Of a DNA stretch of 64,000 nt, positions 13,314 through 25,500 are shown in pieces. The stretch's first letter is position 1. Each line of letters starts with the position of its first letter. The translations under genes and the position numbers were made by a program. Under the pieces are notes generated by a model. It did no database searches, was not told where the DNA came from, and saw only the letters and a program-made list of their open reading frames with translations. Origin of the DNA: Rhizaria sp. SCN 62-66 (lineage: Eukaryota); assembly GCA_001724265.1 (NCBI GenBank), contig MEDY01000096.1, positions 1 to 64,000 of the forward strand, written 5' to 3'.

Positions 13314-16300
13314 ATGGAGCCCTGGCTCATTTTCCAGCGGCAAAAGCATGATGCTGATCACCGCGCGTACGTCTTCTTATATCCTGCGGTACTAACACTT
13401 AGCGCAGACGCAATGTTCCAGTCTCAAGTTCTTCCATTTAACATACCATTCTCACTGCTCAGATTCATCGCCACTCGCTTGTTTGCTCGTCCACCCCATT
13501 GCTCTTGCCACAGCATGCTGAACTCGATCGCGACACAGCCTTCCACCCGCGTCTCGCACCACCTGCATTCCGCGCACGCGGCGTACACCCGTACCCGCGC
13601 CCAGCTGCGCGCGCACACGCACTCGGCGGCGCTGCCCTCGGCGCCCGCCCCACGCGCGCGCACAGTGCAGCAGGAGAACGAGCGGCTGTGCTCCGCGCTC
13701 GCCGCCGTGCATGCGCGCCCGCCGCCGCCGCTCAACACGGACCCCATTGGCCCCGCGCGTGAGCGCAACTTGGAGCACATTCGCAGGCATAAGGCCGAGG
13801 CACTCGCAAGGGTGAACATCCTCGACCAAGAGGTAAGAACGCTGGATAGCCTGTATCCTGAAATTGCGACTGGAAAGTGACTTTTACAAATATCGGAATG
13901 TGTTTCAACGTGTTTTTACTTTGCATTTCTCTACTCTGACAAAGCTATCTCTTTTGCCTCCCGCTATGTTTTGTTTTCTCTTGCCTCGCCACTATCCCCG
14001 CTCAGCGCATCGCCCAAGCCCGCTCGCGCGTCTTCAGCCCCGCGTGCGACGACACCGGCGCCGGCGAGGACTGGTTTGTGCGCCAGGCGCGTCTTGCCTC
14101 CGCGCGCATTCGTGCCGCCGCAACGCTGTCGGCCACGTCGCGCATCGCGCCCGCGCTGCGCAGGGAGCCGCCGCCCAAGTACGTACTCGCTACTCGTCGT
14201 GATCGCAACTCCGACTCTGACTCTGGCTTTGACTGGGTTCACAATCAAAATGAAGCTCAAACAACTAGACCTCATATGATGATATGTATTATTGCAATGT
14301 GATGTGATTTTTTCTTGTATCGTAATCGCTTATCTTACTTCACCTTCTTGTTCGTAAATCTCTATCTCCCTCTTGCTTTGCGATCACAGGCCTGGTGACG
14401 CAGAGCTCAAATCGCTGTCCGGTGTTGGCGTCACAGAGCAGGGCGTGGCGGCGCTTAAGGCGAAGCGCACGTTAAGCCGCCTCACATGTCCCGTGCCCGA
14501 CCCCGTTGACTACAACGACTACGCCGACGAGTACTGCCAGGACGCCGGCTATAGTAACACGGAAGATGTCGACTATGATGATGACGACGGTAAGTGTATC
14601 AATGGCGGTGCAGACGGCCCGTACTACGGCGACGGGCGCGGCTTAACTTCGGAGAAGGCCGCAGCGGACGAGCTGGTGCGGCGATCGCTAGGCCCGATGC
14701 CCGAGAGCTACCAAGACTGGGTTAGTCTAGCCGCCGCCGCCACAGCCGCCGCAGGCGCCGCCGTCGCAGGCACCGCCGTCGCAGCGGACACAGATGGAGC
14801 GTCCGACGCCCACGGTTACCCGCCTGGCGCTGGCGCTGGCGCTGGCGCTGGCGCTCACAGTCACTTTCACGGCTTGTCGACGTCACTCGTGGGGGACTTG
14901 ATCCCGCCCTACCCCGGCCTCCTCTCCAACAACGACGACGCCAGCAGACACGATGAGCACAGTGCACACGGTCGCGCGCACGGCGGGGCGGCACGTCGCC
15001 CGGCGACGGCGATGCCGCTGACGCGCGCTCACGAAGCCGCTGTCGCCGCCTCACAGTTGCCAAAGAGCCCCGTCAGCGGGAACCTCAACGCTAGCCCAGT
15101 GCGGCAGCCCGGTCACCTCTTGGCTCCCAGCGCGTCGCCGCAGGCTGGCGTGTTGCCACGGCCAAGCACTGCGCGGCGGCTTGATGATGGGTTTACGGCG
15201 CACAGCGGCGCGCTGGCGGCGCAACCGCCCGCGCGGGGCCTCGGCTCGTTCCAGGCGCTGGTTGACGGCCAACGGCGGCCGCGCCCGTCGAGCTACTATG
15301 AGCCGCGCCCGCGCTCTCCCGTCGCAGTTGCCGCCGCAGCTGTCATCGCTGCGACTACTTTGGCGACCACTGCTGCTGCTGCTGCTGCGACAGCTGGGAC
15401 TGGCGTTGACGCCGATGTCCACGTGGTCGACGTGCGCAAGCCCGTGTCTGTGTGCATGGGCAACTGGGAACACGGGCTGTACACGGTGCCGGCTGACCCG
15501 CTGGCCCGCGCGCACACACAGGGCGCGTGGGGTGGTGGCCGTGCGGTTGTGCGCGCTCATGACGGCGGGGGAACGGTGCTGGGCACGCGAGTGCGTGACG
15601 CGCTCGTCCCGCCCTTGCCAGAGTCGAGCTCGAACTCAAAGGGTGCTGAGAAAGATACCGACGACGGCGCTGGCGATGTGGACGCTGCTCCTGCTGCGAG
15701 ATCGAGCAAAAAGAAAGGCGGCCTGCAGCAGCAGAGCATGTACAGCGAGCCGCAGTACCTGTGGGAGCCCTGGCGCCCGCCACCGCTGCCGCCGGCCCTC
15801 GTGCCCGGCGACGCCAACGCGCGCAGCGGCGGCGCTGCACCTGCTGCTGCTGCTGCTGCTGGCGCCGCGAGCCACGGCGCGGCGAAGGACCGGGTTGACC
15901 CGCTGCGCAAGCGGGCGCTGCGGGAAGGCGCGCGGCACGCGGCTGAGGCACCAGAGCGCGAACGCGTGGCGAGGGCGCTGCAAATCAGGCCGCCACGCGA
16001 AGAAGTCAAGCCGCATGCGGGGAGCCTTAAGGGTGAGCCCATTCGGTACTACTGTCGCTCACTGGGTAAAGACATGGGTAGCAAGAAGACCAGCGGCGCT
16101 GAAATGGGCAAGGAATCTGGTGCTGATGGTCAGACACACAATCCGTTGTTTCAAGCCCGGCCGCAGGCTGGCTCTGGCCCCTGTAAACTGGATGGCGCAA
16201 CGCTGGGGCTGGTGCGCAGGCTTGAGTACGAGGAGAGCGTTCTTAGGGCTCTCGCGGCGCAGGCCGATGAACGCGCACTCTCAGTCCTCACTGCACAAGA

Positions 16301-17231
16301 ACAGCAACAATTCGGCGACACCAGCAATGAGCATAATGTGCCGTTGTATGCTGAGGCATCGCCACGCGGATCTAAGTATCCGTCGAAGCCCCCGTCTAAG
16401 TACCCCGGCTGCGAGGGTAGTGGCGTTTGGCTGCCGACGCCGCCGCGCAACTCAGGCTGGGCTTCAGAACGCGTGCCACTCTCGGTCACCAGCAACGACG
16501 ACCGTCTCAACAACTCCACCCATGCGCTTGTTCCAGTTGACGACGGCACCAGTGGAGGTGACCTCGCAAAATCTGCTACGATTGCTGCGGTTGAGAGGAG
16601 CGGCAATGTTGACGCAAACGCTCCGTCTGCCTATGTGCACACGCACACAGTGCGGCACAACATGCCCGCTCGCAGTAACATGAATGACAATGGGCCTTTG
16701 CATGGGTCGATCGCCGCCACGGTGGCGAGCCGCAACAGCACGGACGTGGTGATGGGTGCGGGCGCCGCGGGCGGCGGGTTTGACCGCTACAGCAGCAACA
16801 GCCAGTTCAACAGCACGCAGCTGACTATGGCCCAGCAGCGGCGCATCGCCATGCAGCAGCAACAGACACACCAAAATGATGTAGGTGACAGTGAGCAACA
16901 GAGGGTGCCGCGGTATATGCAGCCACAACAGCGTAGCGTGCGTATGCAACTTCGGCCGCACACTGCTGCCCCCGCTGCGGCACGTCACAACAGATTCATC
17001 GAACACCGTATTAGTCAACGACAAGAGTAGTATGACAATGAATATCACCTGTTAACTGAAGACAGTGGTGAGAATGTGCCTGTCGCGCCAGCGGCAACGC
17101 TTGCGTCACGTGAAGGCATCATGCGCGCACAGCAGCAGCGCCAGGAACAAAGGCGGCGCCAGATTGCGATTGACGAAGCCTTGCGGCTGCGCGCTAGCGA
17201 GCGCCTTGCAAGTGTATACATGCAACAATGA
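13314..17231 (+). CDS. Protein with a possible N-terminal CFAP97/Hemingway-like coiled-coil region and long disordered tail (~1128 aa). Exons 13314-13366, 13514-13832, 14006-14178, 14390-17231
   Basis: GT-AG introns keep the frame. N-terminus VQQENERLCSALAAV...RERNLEHIRRHKAEALARVNILDQERIAQARSRV resembles the CFAP97 domain pattern (tentative). In-frame TAG at 17028-17030 is followed by 66 more coding-like codons to TGA 17229-17231. Confidence 0.6.
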
Positions 17232-17418
17232 GTTGATGTGCATGTGATCAAGCTGCATGTTGAATATTTAGTGTGATTTTTACAATAGCTTCTCGGAATA
17301 ATAAAATATATAACTTTATTCACAATATCAATATTATTTATAAGTAAAAGCAAGCGGGATAGAAAATATTCTTGTTTCGAGGGTCCGTGACTTTGTAGAT
17401 CGAAAATTAGGTGGGACT

Positions 17419-19563
17419 TTACTTGTGTCCCGCTTCAGCGCCAGCATATCCGCTGTGCGCCGTCCCAGTGAGAGATCCCCAGCTAATCCCGCTGTCAAAA
17501 AGACGCGCGATGTCGACCGGTGCGAGCGCTGCCTGAGCCAGCGTCACGCCCGCGTGCGACGGCACCGTCACAGCGGGAACTGCTCCGACGCGACTGCTAC
17601 TGCGACTGCCGCTCGAAGGGCATGCGGGCGCCATTCTGGGCAGGGACTGGGACTCGCACGTGTCGTTGCCAGCACCAAGTCCCTCCAAATCGTTACGTGC
17701 AGGAAGCCCGCGCCACTTCGCACTGCCACTGTCATCATGAGCGTCGACATCAATCGTCTTGCCTTGTTGCAGAAGCTGCTGCTGTTTGATCCAGAGTGCT
17801 TGCTCGCGCAGCTCTTGCTCGGCGTCTACACGCTGCTGCTCGAGTTGCGCAGTGTGCAGCGCACGTAATGCGCGGATCGACTGCAGCGTGTCTAGCGACT
17901 TGCCGGCCGTGGCCGCGATCGCGGCAGCTGCGACGGCGCTGCTGGGGTTGCCCGCAGCGGAGACCGCGGCGAGCTGTCTGGACGCAATGACCGTGCGCAG
18001 CCGGGCGATCGCGGGCGCGAGCTCGCCACTAACGCCAGACTTGACGCCGGCGCCGTCGCTGCTGCCGCTGCTGCGGTGACTGGGGTTGTAGCCCGCAGCG
18101 CCGTCGCCGCCGGCGGTCTCGTGCGCCGCGGTTGGCAGGAAGAGTTGCGGCAGCGGCCGGTACGCGTTGTCTGTGCGGCCTGCGCGCGAGCTGAGCGCGT
18201 GCGCGTCCAGCACGACAATGCTCGCCTCGACGGGCTTCGCGCTGCTCCGGACCGCGCTGTTGCTGCCACTGGTGGGAGTCTTGGTGGTGCCGTTGTTGCT
18301 GCCAACGCGCCTGTGCGCTGCCCCATACGACGGAAGGATCATCTCGTCCTCCTCACTGAGCAAGTTACCGCTCTGGTCGTCAGCGTCCGCGCTCGCGTTG
18401 CGGGAGTGCGCTGCCGAGCTCCGCTTGGCGAGCGCGACAGCGGCTGCGAACGTCGTCTCGCCCGCGCGCAGAGCACCGGCGGCAGCAAACGTGGATTTAG
18501 ACCCCGCAGCAACGCCCGCACTCGAGCTAAAGCTAGAGCTGGAGGACGAGTGTGTCGGAGAGAGTTGCGAGCTGCGGCCGTGGGGACGCAGTATCGCAGT
18601 CGCGGCCGCCACAGCAGCCGAGGTCGAGCCGCTAGAACCGTTGACGCCGCTGCCGTAGCCCCTGCTCTTGCTCCTGCTCTTGCTACTGCTCTTGCTCTGA
18701 CCCTTGCTCTTGCTCCGCTTGCGCCCGCTGCTGCCGCTGCCGCCGCCAGTGGCGCTGTACGCGCTGCCAAGCGGAGCCAGCAGCCCCTGCAGCACGGGGG
18801 CCTGCACGCGCGCTACGGGGGTCGCGCCGCTCGACTCCGCCCAGTGGTGCTGCGGCTTAGCTTTCGCCGGGTGATTGTGAGCATGAGGGGACGGCGGCGC
18901 GTGCACAGGGGGCAAGTCGTAGCGGTTCTTACTTCCAGTCGAGGCGAACGCAGCGTGCGTCGCGCGCCCACTGCGATTGCGTCTCGTGTGCGCACCGCCC
19001 TCGGTGTCATAGTCATAGCCGCCCGCGTGGTAGCCTTGCCCTTTCGGCTCAGACGCAGATGTAGGTGGCGTGCCGACCTTCGCTGCTTGCGGCGGCAGGT
19101 GGCCCCTCGTTGCGTCGGCGCCAGAGCTCCCCGACAGCTGGCTCAGCTTCATCCTCGGTCCAGACGCGCCGCCGCCGCTGCTGCTCGCGTTCGCGGCGCC
19201 CGCGGCCGCCGCGGCCGACAGCCACAGCGCGCGTTCCTCGTCCGTGACCCCCGCGGCGCGGCCCGCGCTGCCGGCGGACCCGCCCGACCCGCCCGCGCTG
19301 CCGGGTGGCCCGCGGCTGGCGAGCCCGGAGCCCGCGTCGGCGGCGCCCGCGCGCTTGAGCCGTGAGAGGCGCGCGTACATGATGTTCATGTCAGCCACGC
19401 CCGCCGCAGTCGGGTTGCGGCGCGCGGACGCGGCGGCGGCCGAGTCGGCCGCGGCGGCCTCAGCCTCGGCAGCGGCGGCCGCGGCGGCCTCGCGGAGGCG
19501 CGCGTTGGAGTGCAGCCCGCGTACGAGGCCACTTCCCCCGCCGCTGTTGTCGCTCCTGCTCGA

Positions 19564-19598
<35 letters not shown>

Positions 19599-22500
19599 TC
19601 GCAGCGTTGCTCCGGCGGGCCGGCGCGCCGCCGTTGCTGCTGCCGCCCGCGCCGCCGGCGTCCGCAGCGGCGTTGTGGGCGACCGCAAGCGAAAGCGGCG
19701 TGAAGCCCAGCTTGGCAAGGATCGACGCGCCGCCAGTCGTGGTCACGCGCCGCCGCTGCCGATGCTCCTGCTGCGAGCGCTGTCCGTCCAGGCATCTGCT
19801 GCCGTCGGCCTCACTGTCGCCCTCGCTGTCGCTGCCGCTAGCGCGGCCGCCCGCGTCGTCGCTGTCGCTGTCTCTGCCGCTGTCGCCGCGCGCGGTGCCG
19901 AAGCCGCCGCCGCGCTGCCGGCCGCTCGCGCCGCCGCCGCTGTCGTCGGCGATGCGCACGCGCCGGCCAACCACACTGCGGCGGCTGTTAGCGTTGGTGT
20001 TGCCAGTGCTCGCGCCGTTGCTGCGCCTGCCATAGGGCCCGGCGGTGATGGGTGCGGTGTCACCGAGTCCGAAGAGCTCGCGCTGCTGCTGCCGCTCAAT
20101 CGCACGCATCGCAGACTGCGCGAGTGTCGGATTAAAAGAAAAATCACAGTAGAAGGGTGAGAAATGTGCAGCACAGAAGGTTGTGTTGAAATTTTTGTGG
20201 TTGAATATACTTTTTTAAAGTTAAACAGTGCGTTTCTTTGCGAGAAATATCCGTTCAAGGTGTCACGCCGTACCTGGCGTCGGTACTCATCCTCGCGCTC
20301 GTCCGTGCGGTGCTGCATCTCAGCGACGGCCTCGTCCAGCGCAAGCGAAGAGAAGAGCTCCTGCCACAGCGCGCGGTCGCTTGCTGCGGTCGCCGCAGCG
20401 GCAGCACGGGCGCGGCGGAGGACCTGTGCGAGCTCGGGGTCCTCGTGGCTGTCCTCATCCTAATAGAATGAAAGAAAATATAGCGAACGTGGTGAAGGTT
20501 AGATTTGATTTAAGATAGACAAAAGTGACAGAATTGGCTGTAGTTATACGAATTATATGTTGCAAAAATGATTCATGTCGGCAGCGTACCTCAATCTCAG
20601 CAGGGGCATTATCAGTTGCGACTTCAGTCTCAACCTCTGTCTCTGGCGTATCAGTACCCGCGCCAATGTTGGCGTCCGCGCTCTCAGCTGCGCTCTCGCC
20701 GTCGAGGGCGGGGCTCGGGCTCGCCAGCCGGAACGGACTGGGGCTCGGGTCGACATCCTCACCCGCAGCGTTAGCGTTGTCGTCAGCGCCCGCATCTGCG
20801 TTGGCAGCAGCGCTGCTGTTGCGCGGGCTGGGGCTAGGCAGGACCCTGAACCCGCTCTTGGTGCGGCTGTGGTGCTGGCCCTTCTCCGCCGGCGCGGCGA
20901 GACCGTGGGCAGCAGCGGGGTCCGGCTCGGCGCCACTCAGGCCGGGGCTGAGGCGGTCGCCCTGTGGCGGGCTCGTCGCGGTGAGCACCACGCGGTGGCC
21001 GCTGTTCGGCCGATTCGCGGGAGCGAACGTGAACGACGGTGACAGGGATGGCGAGGCGCCAAGGCCGCCGCGCGTCACGGGCCTGCTTCCGGGCAAGGTC
21101 AGGCCGCCAGAGGGCAATAACGGCAGGATGTAGTGCGCAGATGTCAGCTTGCGCTCGGTCTTACCGTGAGTAGCACCGCCATTATTGCCGTTGTTGTTGT
21201 TATAGATAATCACGCCTTGTGACTGAGGGCGTGAGTGTACACGCGACGTCTGCGGCACCAGAGTGAGAGGCTGTAACGGCGATGTGGGGTCCAAAGGCGG
21301 CGGCAAACTGTCGAGTCTCAACAGCTGCTGTTGTCGGTCGCTCGCGTTCGCGCCCGAGAGATCCTTCAGCGTCATCGCGCCCTTCTGCGCCCCCGCAGCT
21401 GTCGCACCGGCGCCGCTGCCGTCTCCGGACGCATCGCGGCCGTCAGCGCCCGTGTTGCCGAAGCTCGCCGCCTCCGTCGCCGTCGCGGTGCTGAACGTGT
21501 GGCGCAGCGATGGCAGCCGCGCCAGCGGCCGTCCCTCGCAGTAGCCGCCGTCGACGCTGCTGGAGCCCAGCGACGGGCTCTGCGCAAGCGACGGCGACAG
21601 CGAAAGCGCCAGTGCACTCTGGTGCTGCTGCAGCAGCGCGGCGCGGGTCGCGGCGTAGGCGTCTGCGCGCGGGTCGTAGGTCGCCTCGGGGTACTCCTTG
21701 TGGCGCTCCTCGGTCGCGTCCAGCCCGAAAACGGGCACGTAAAAGAACCGACACACCAGCCCGCTGCCGGCGGCGCTCGTGCTCTCGGCCTCGGCGTCCG
21801 CGGCGGCCGCGGCGGCGATGGCGTCCACTGCCGCGTCCTTCGGGTTGCTCGCGCTTTGCTGCGACTTGCGACCGATAGAGCGCCTGCCGGGCGGTGAAGT
21901 TGAGAGGCTAGTTGTCGAAGCCGAGGTGGGCAGGCGGCCTGACTTCGGGGCAGGAGACGGCGACCGCTCCCGGTCTTTGCGCGCGCTCGCCGCGCCAGCG
22001 CCACGCGCACTGCGCTCACCAGTGCTCGGGCAGCCGTTCGCGCCCGCGCCGCCCGCGCCCGCGCCCGCGCTGCCGCCGTTGCCCGTCGCGCCCGTCGGCG
22101 TGAGCGGGATGCGCAGGGCGGCCGAGAGCGCCTTGGTGAGGCGCGCGAACGTGGCGCGGCGCGGCACGGCCACGAGCGCGGGGTCCACCTCGCAGCCCGC
22201 GGTTTCGCCGCCCAGCCGCGCGCGCGACAGCGTCTGCTCGCTCGCCTCCGCCGCGGCCACCAGCGCGGACGACTCCGCGAACGCCGCCTCGGCCACGGTC
22301 AGCGCCGCGGTCGCCGCAGCGACAGCTGGGGTCATCGCGACCTCGGCCGCCGCGACTGTGGCTGCGGGCAGAGGCTCAGATACGTCGGCCTCGCTTTGCG
22401 AAGACTGTGTATCCGCGTTTGCGGGCTTTGCAGCAGCATCAGCAGCCGCCGCAGCCGTCGCGGCGGCCACGGCGGCCATCGCGGCGGCAGCCTGCTTGGC

Positions 22501-25500
22501 GCGCGCCGCGGCCGCGGTGGCCTTGACGAGCTCGAGCCGCGCGCGCGCGTGCGCGCGGTGCACCTCGCCGAGCTTGCTCTGGCGCGCGCGCGTCTGCTTC
22601 TCCACGCGCGCCGCGTTGGTCGCGCTGTCGAGCAGCACCACCAGCGTCACGCCCGTCACGAAGCCCGGCAGGCGCGACAGCAGCGGCGGCGGCGGCGCGG
22701 TGGGGGCGGCGCCCGACGCGACGGCCGCGGCGGCAGCGGCAGCGGCTGCGGCGGAGGCGGCGGCCAGCATTGAGTTCGTCGCGTCGTCAGCCTCTATTGC
22801 AGCCGAATCGCCAACACTGTTGTTGTTGCTGTTGCCTCCGCTGTTGTTGCCGGGTGTATTTGACACAGTCATACTGTTCTTGCGGGCAGCAGGCTTGCCG
22901 ACCACAAATGCACCCTTTGGGGCCGATGAAGACCCGCCATGGGCTCCACCGACAGCGCCGGCACCGTTGTCGTTGCCGCCGCTACTCGCGGCCACAGCGT
23001 TCACGCTCGGCGGCGGCAGGATCTCGATAGCACCGGCGAGACGCGCGATGTTAACCTCGACCTTGACGTGGCAAAGGTACGCGCGCGCGTCGTAGGCCAC
23101 TGGGTGCAGCCACCACGACGGCCGCGGCTGCTGCAACGAGTGCAGCCACCCCGTACCGCTCGCAGTCGCAGCCGCGTTCGCAGCCACGGTCGCGGTCGGT
23201 GCGGTGGCTCCAGTCGCGGTCGACGCGGCTGCAGCGTTGGCAGTGCGGCCGGTCGAGGGCATCACTGCGCCTGCCGTGCTGACGGCGTTAGGCGGGGTGC
23301 CGAGGCGCGGGAGCGCGCCGTCCTGTGACTGCGGGCGCGACAGGTGCTGCTGTAGCTGCAGGGCGTGCAGCTGCAGCTGCTGCAGGTTGAACGAACTGTT
23401 GCTGCTGCCCGGAGCGCTGCCGCTGTTGCTGCTGCTACTATGGCGCGGGGACTGTGCAACGCTGTTGCTGTTGCTGCTGCCGTTGCTTTTATTGTGGCCG
23501 TGAGGGCCGGTGACAATGACCGACGGCAGGCGGTTCAACCACTCGCCGATGTTCGCCATATCCGGCTGCTGCCCGAGCTGCTGGTGCTGCTGCAAGAGCT
23601 GCAGCTGCTGCTGGATCTGATTGCGCAGCGGCGCGAGCGGCGCGGCGCGCAGCACGAGCGAGCGCGAGGGCGCGCAGGGCGCAGAGGGCAGCGGCGTGGC
23701 GACGGCGGGGCCGAAGAGCCACTGCGCGGCCGCGGCCGAGTCGAGCCCAGACAGCACTGCGGGCGCGGACCGGCCACGCGGGAAGCTCGCGGCCAGCGGG
23801 ACCGGCCGGTGCGTCGCGGCGCCCAGCAGCGGCGCGGACAGTGCCTGCGCGGGCGCGGGCGTGAGTGGCGGGGACGGGGCGGGAGCGGGCAGAGGGAGCG
23901 GCAGAGGCGCGGGCGCGGGCGACGGGGAGCTGTCAGGGGGCGGCTCTGTTGTGACTGCAGGATTCGAGCTGTCGCCCTCCGCATCGGTTGTCGCCACTGC
24001 AGGCGACGTGCTTGCGTTCGGGGCTGCATTCGCGTCCCGAGTACTGTCAGACAGCTTGCGAGAAAGAGCAGCACGTGTAGGTGACCGCGGCTGCTCCTGG
24101 CTTCCCGCGATCAGGCTCACGGCCTTCGGAGTCGCAATCGCGGCCGGTGCAGCCGGTGACACACTACTAGCCGCAGGCGCACCAGCGCCATGGGTGTTGT
24201 TTATGAGTGCGTGCGCGTGCGCGTGCGCGTGCGTGCTCGCCGTGATGGCCGCGAGCCGCGCGTACCGCACGAGTCCCGCCATGTAGCCGCTGAGCACGGC
24301 GCCCGTGAAGGCGCGCAACTGTAGCGCCATCTGCAGGTAGCCCTTGCGCGCGTCCTCGACGCCGTCCTCCTCTTCCTTGAGGTCGCGCTCCAGCGCCTGC
24401 GTCAGCGCCTCGCGTGCCGCAGCAGAGGTCATCACCTCGTCCTTGTGGCCCAGCGCGACCAGTAGGTCGTTCTTGGCCTCCATCGTGCCGCGCCGCGCCA
24501 CCAGCACGGCGTTCTTGAGCGCGCGCACCTCGGCCTCGCCGTCTGCGCGCGCCTTGAGCTTCGCCGCGTCGATCCGGGCCAGTTCGGCGGCGACCTCGGC
24601 CTCGCGCCGCACGCGCTCCTCGCGCACGCGCGCCAGACGCTGTCTCAGCACGTCGGCCTCGGCGGCGGCGGCGTCGGCCGCGGCCTGCGCGCGCGCGCCG
24701 GCACGCGACAGCGCGGTGCGCCAGCGGCAGACTTCGGCCTTCTCGCTCGCGAGCTGCTGCGACACAGCGCGCGCCGCGTGCGTCTGCGCCGTGAGCGCGG
24801 CGACCAGCGCGCGCGCGCGCAGCGTCGGCGCGTCGCGGCCGCGGCTGCGGAAGCGCGCGAGCGTAGCCAGCGCGCGCGCAAGGTGCGCCAGCGCGGCGGG
24901 GTCTGTCGGATTGAGCGATAAGTCAAGCCGCACGAGGTCTGGCACGGGCGTCACTGCGGGGTCCGCGAGTCCGCCCGACGCGAACGCGCTCAGCGTCACC
25001 GCGGCCTGCTCCTCCTGGGCACGCGCGCGTGCAGCGGCCTCGGCCTCGGCCGCGGCGGCCGCCGCGGCAGCAGCGCGCTCCCGCGCTTCGTCGTCGTCAT
25101 CGTCATAGTCCTCGTCTTCGTCTTCGTCCTCCTCCTCTTCGTCGTCCTGCTGGGCGCCGGCCGCAGCGGCGACCGCGGCGGTGACTGGCGCCGGCGCGGG
25201 CGGCTTGTAGTCGGGGGCGAGCTGCACGCCGCGCGCCAAAACGGCAGCGGCGCGCGTGTCAAGTCGGTTCGCGCGCAAGTTAAGCCGCCGCAGCGTCGGC
25301 GTCGTCTGCACGAGCCGCGCCAGCGCGGGCGCCGCCGCGGGCGGCATGCGGCAGTGCGTTAGCGCGAGCGCGCGCAGCACAGGCGAGCCCGCGAGCGCAC
25401 GCGCGACGGCGCCCGCGGCCGCGGCGGGCAGCGGCGTATGCGTGAGCGCCACGTGCGTCAGCGGCGACTGCGCCAGCGCGGCCGCGAACGCCAAGAACGC

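Noticed and set aside
20455-20589. ORF-track termini such as the LRR 'C-terminus' at 20455 and the N-termini at 48502, 55671, 58644 and 61225
   Set aside because: These are read-through into introns. The spliced models replace them.
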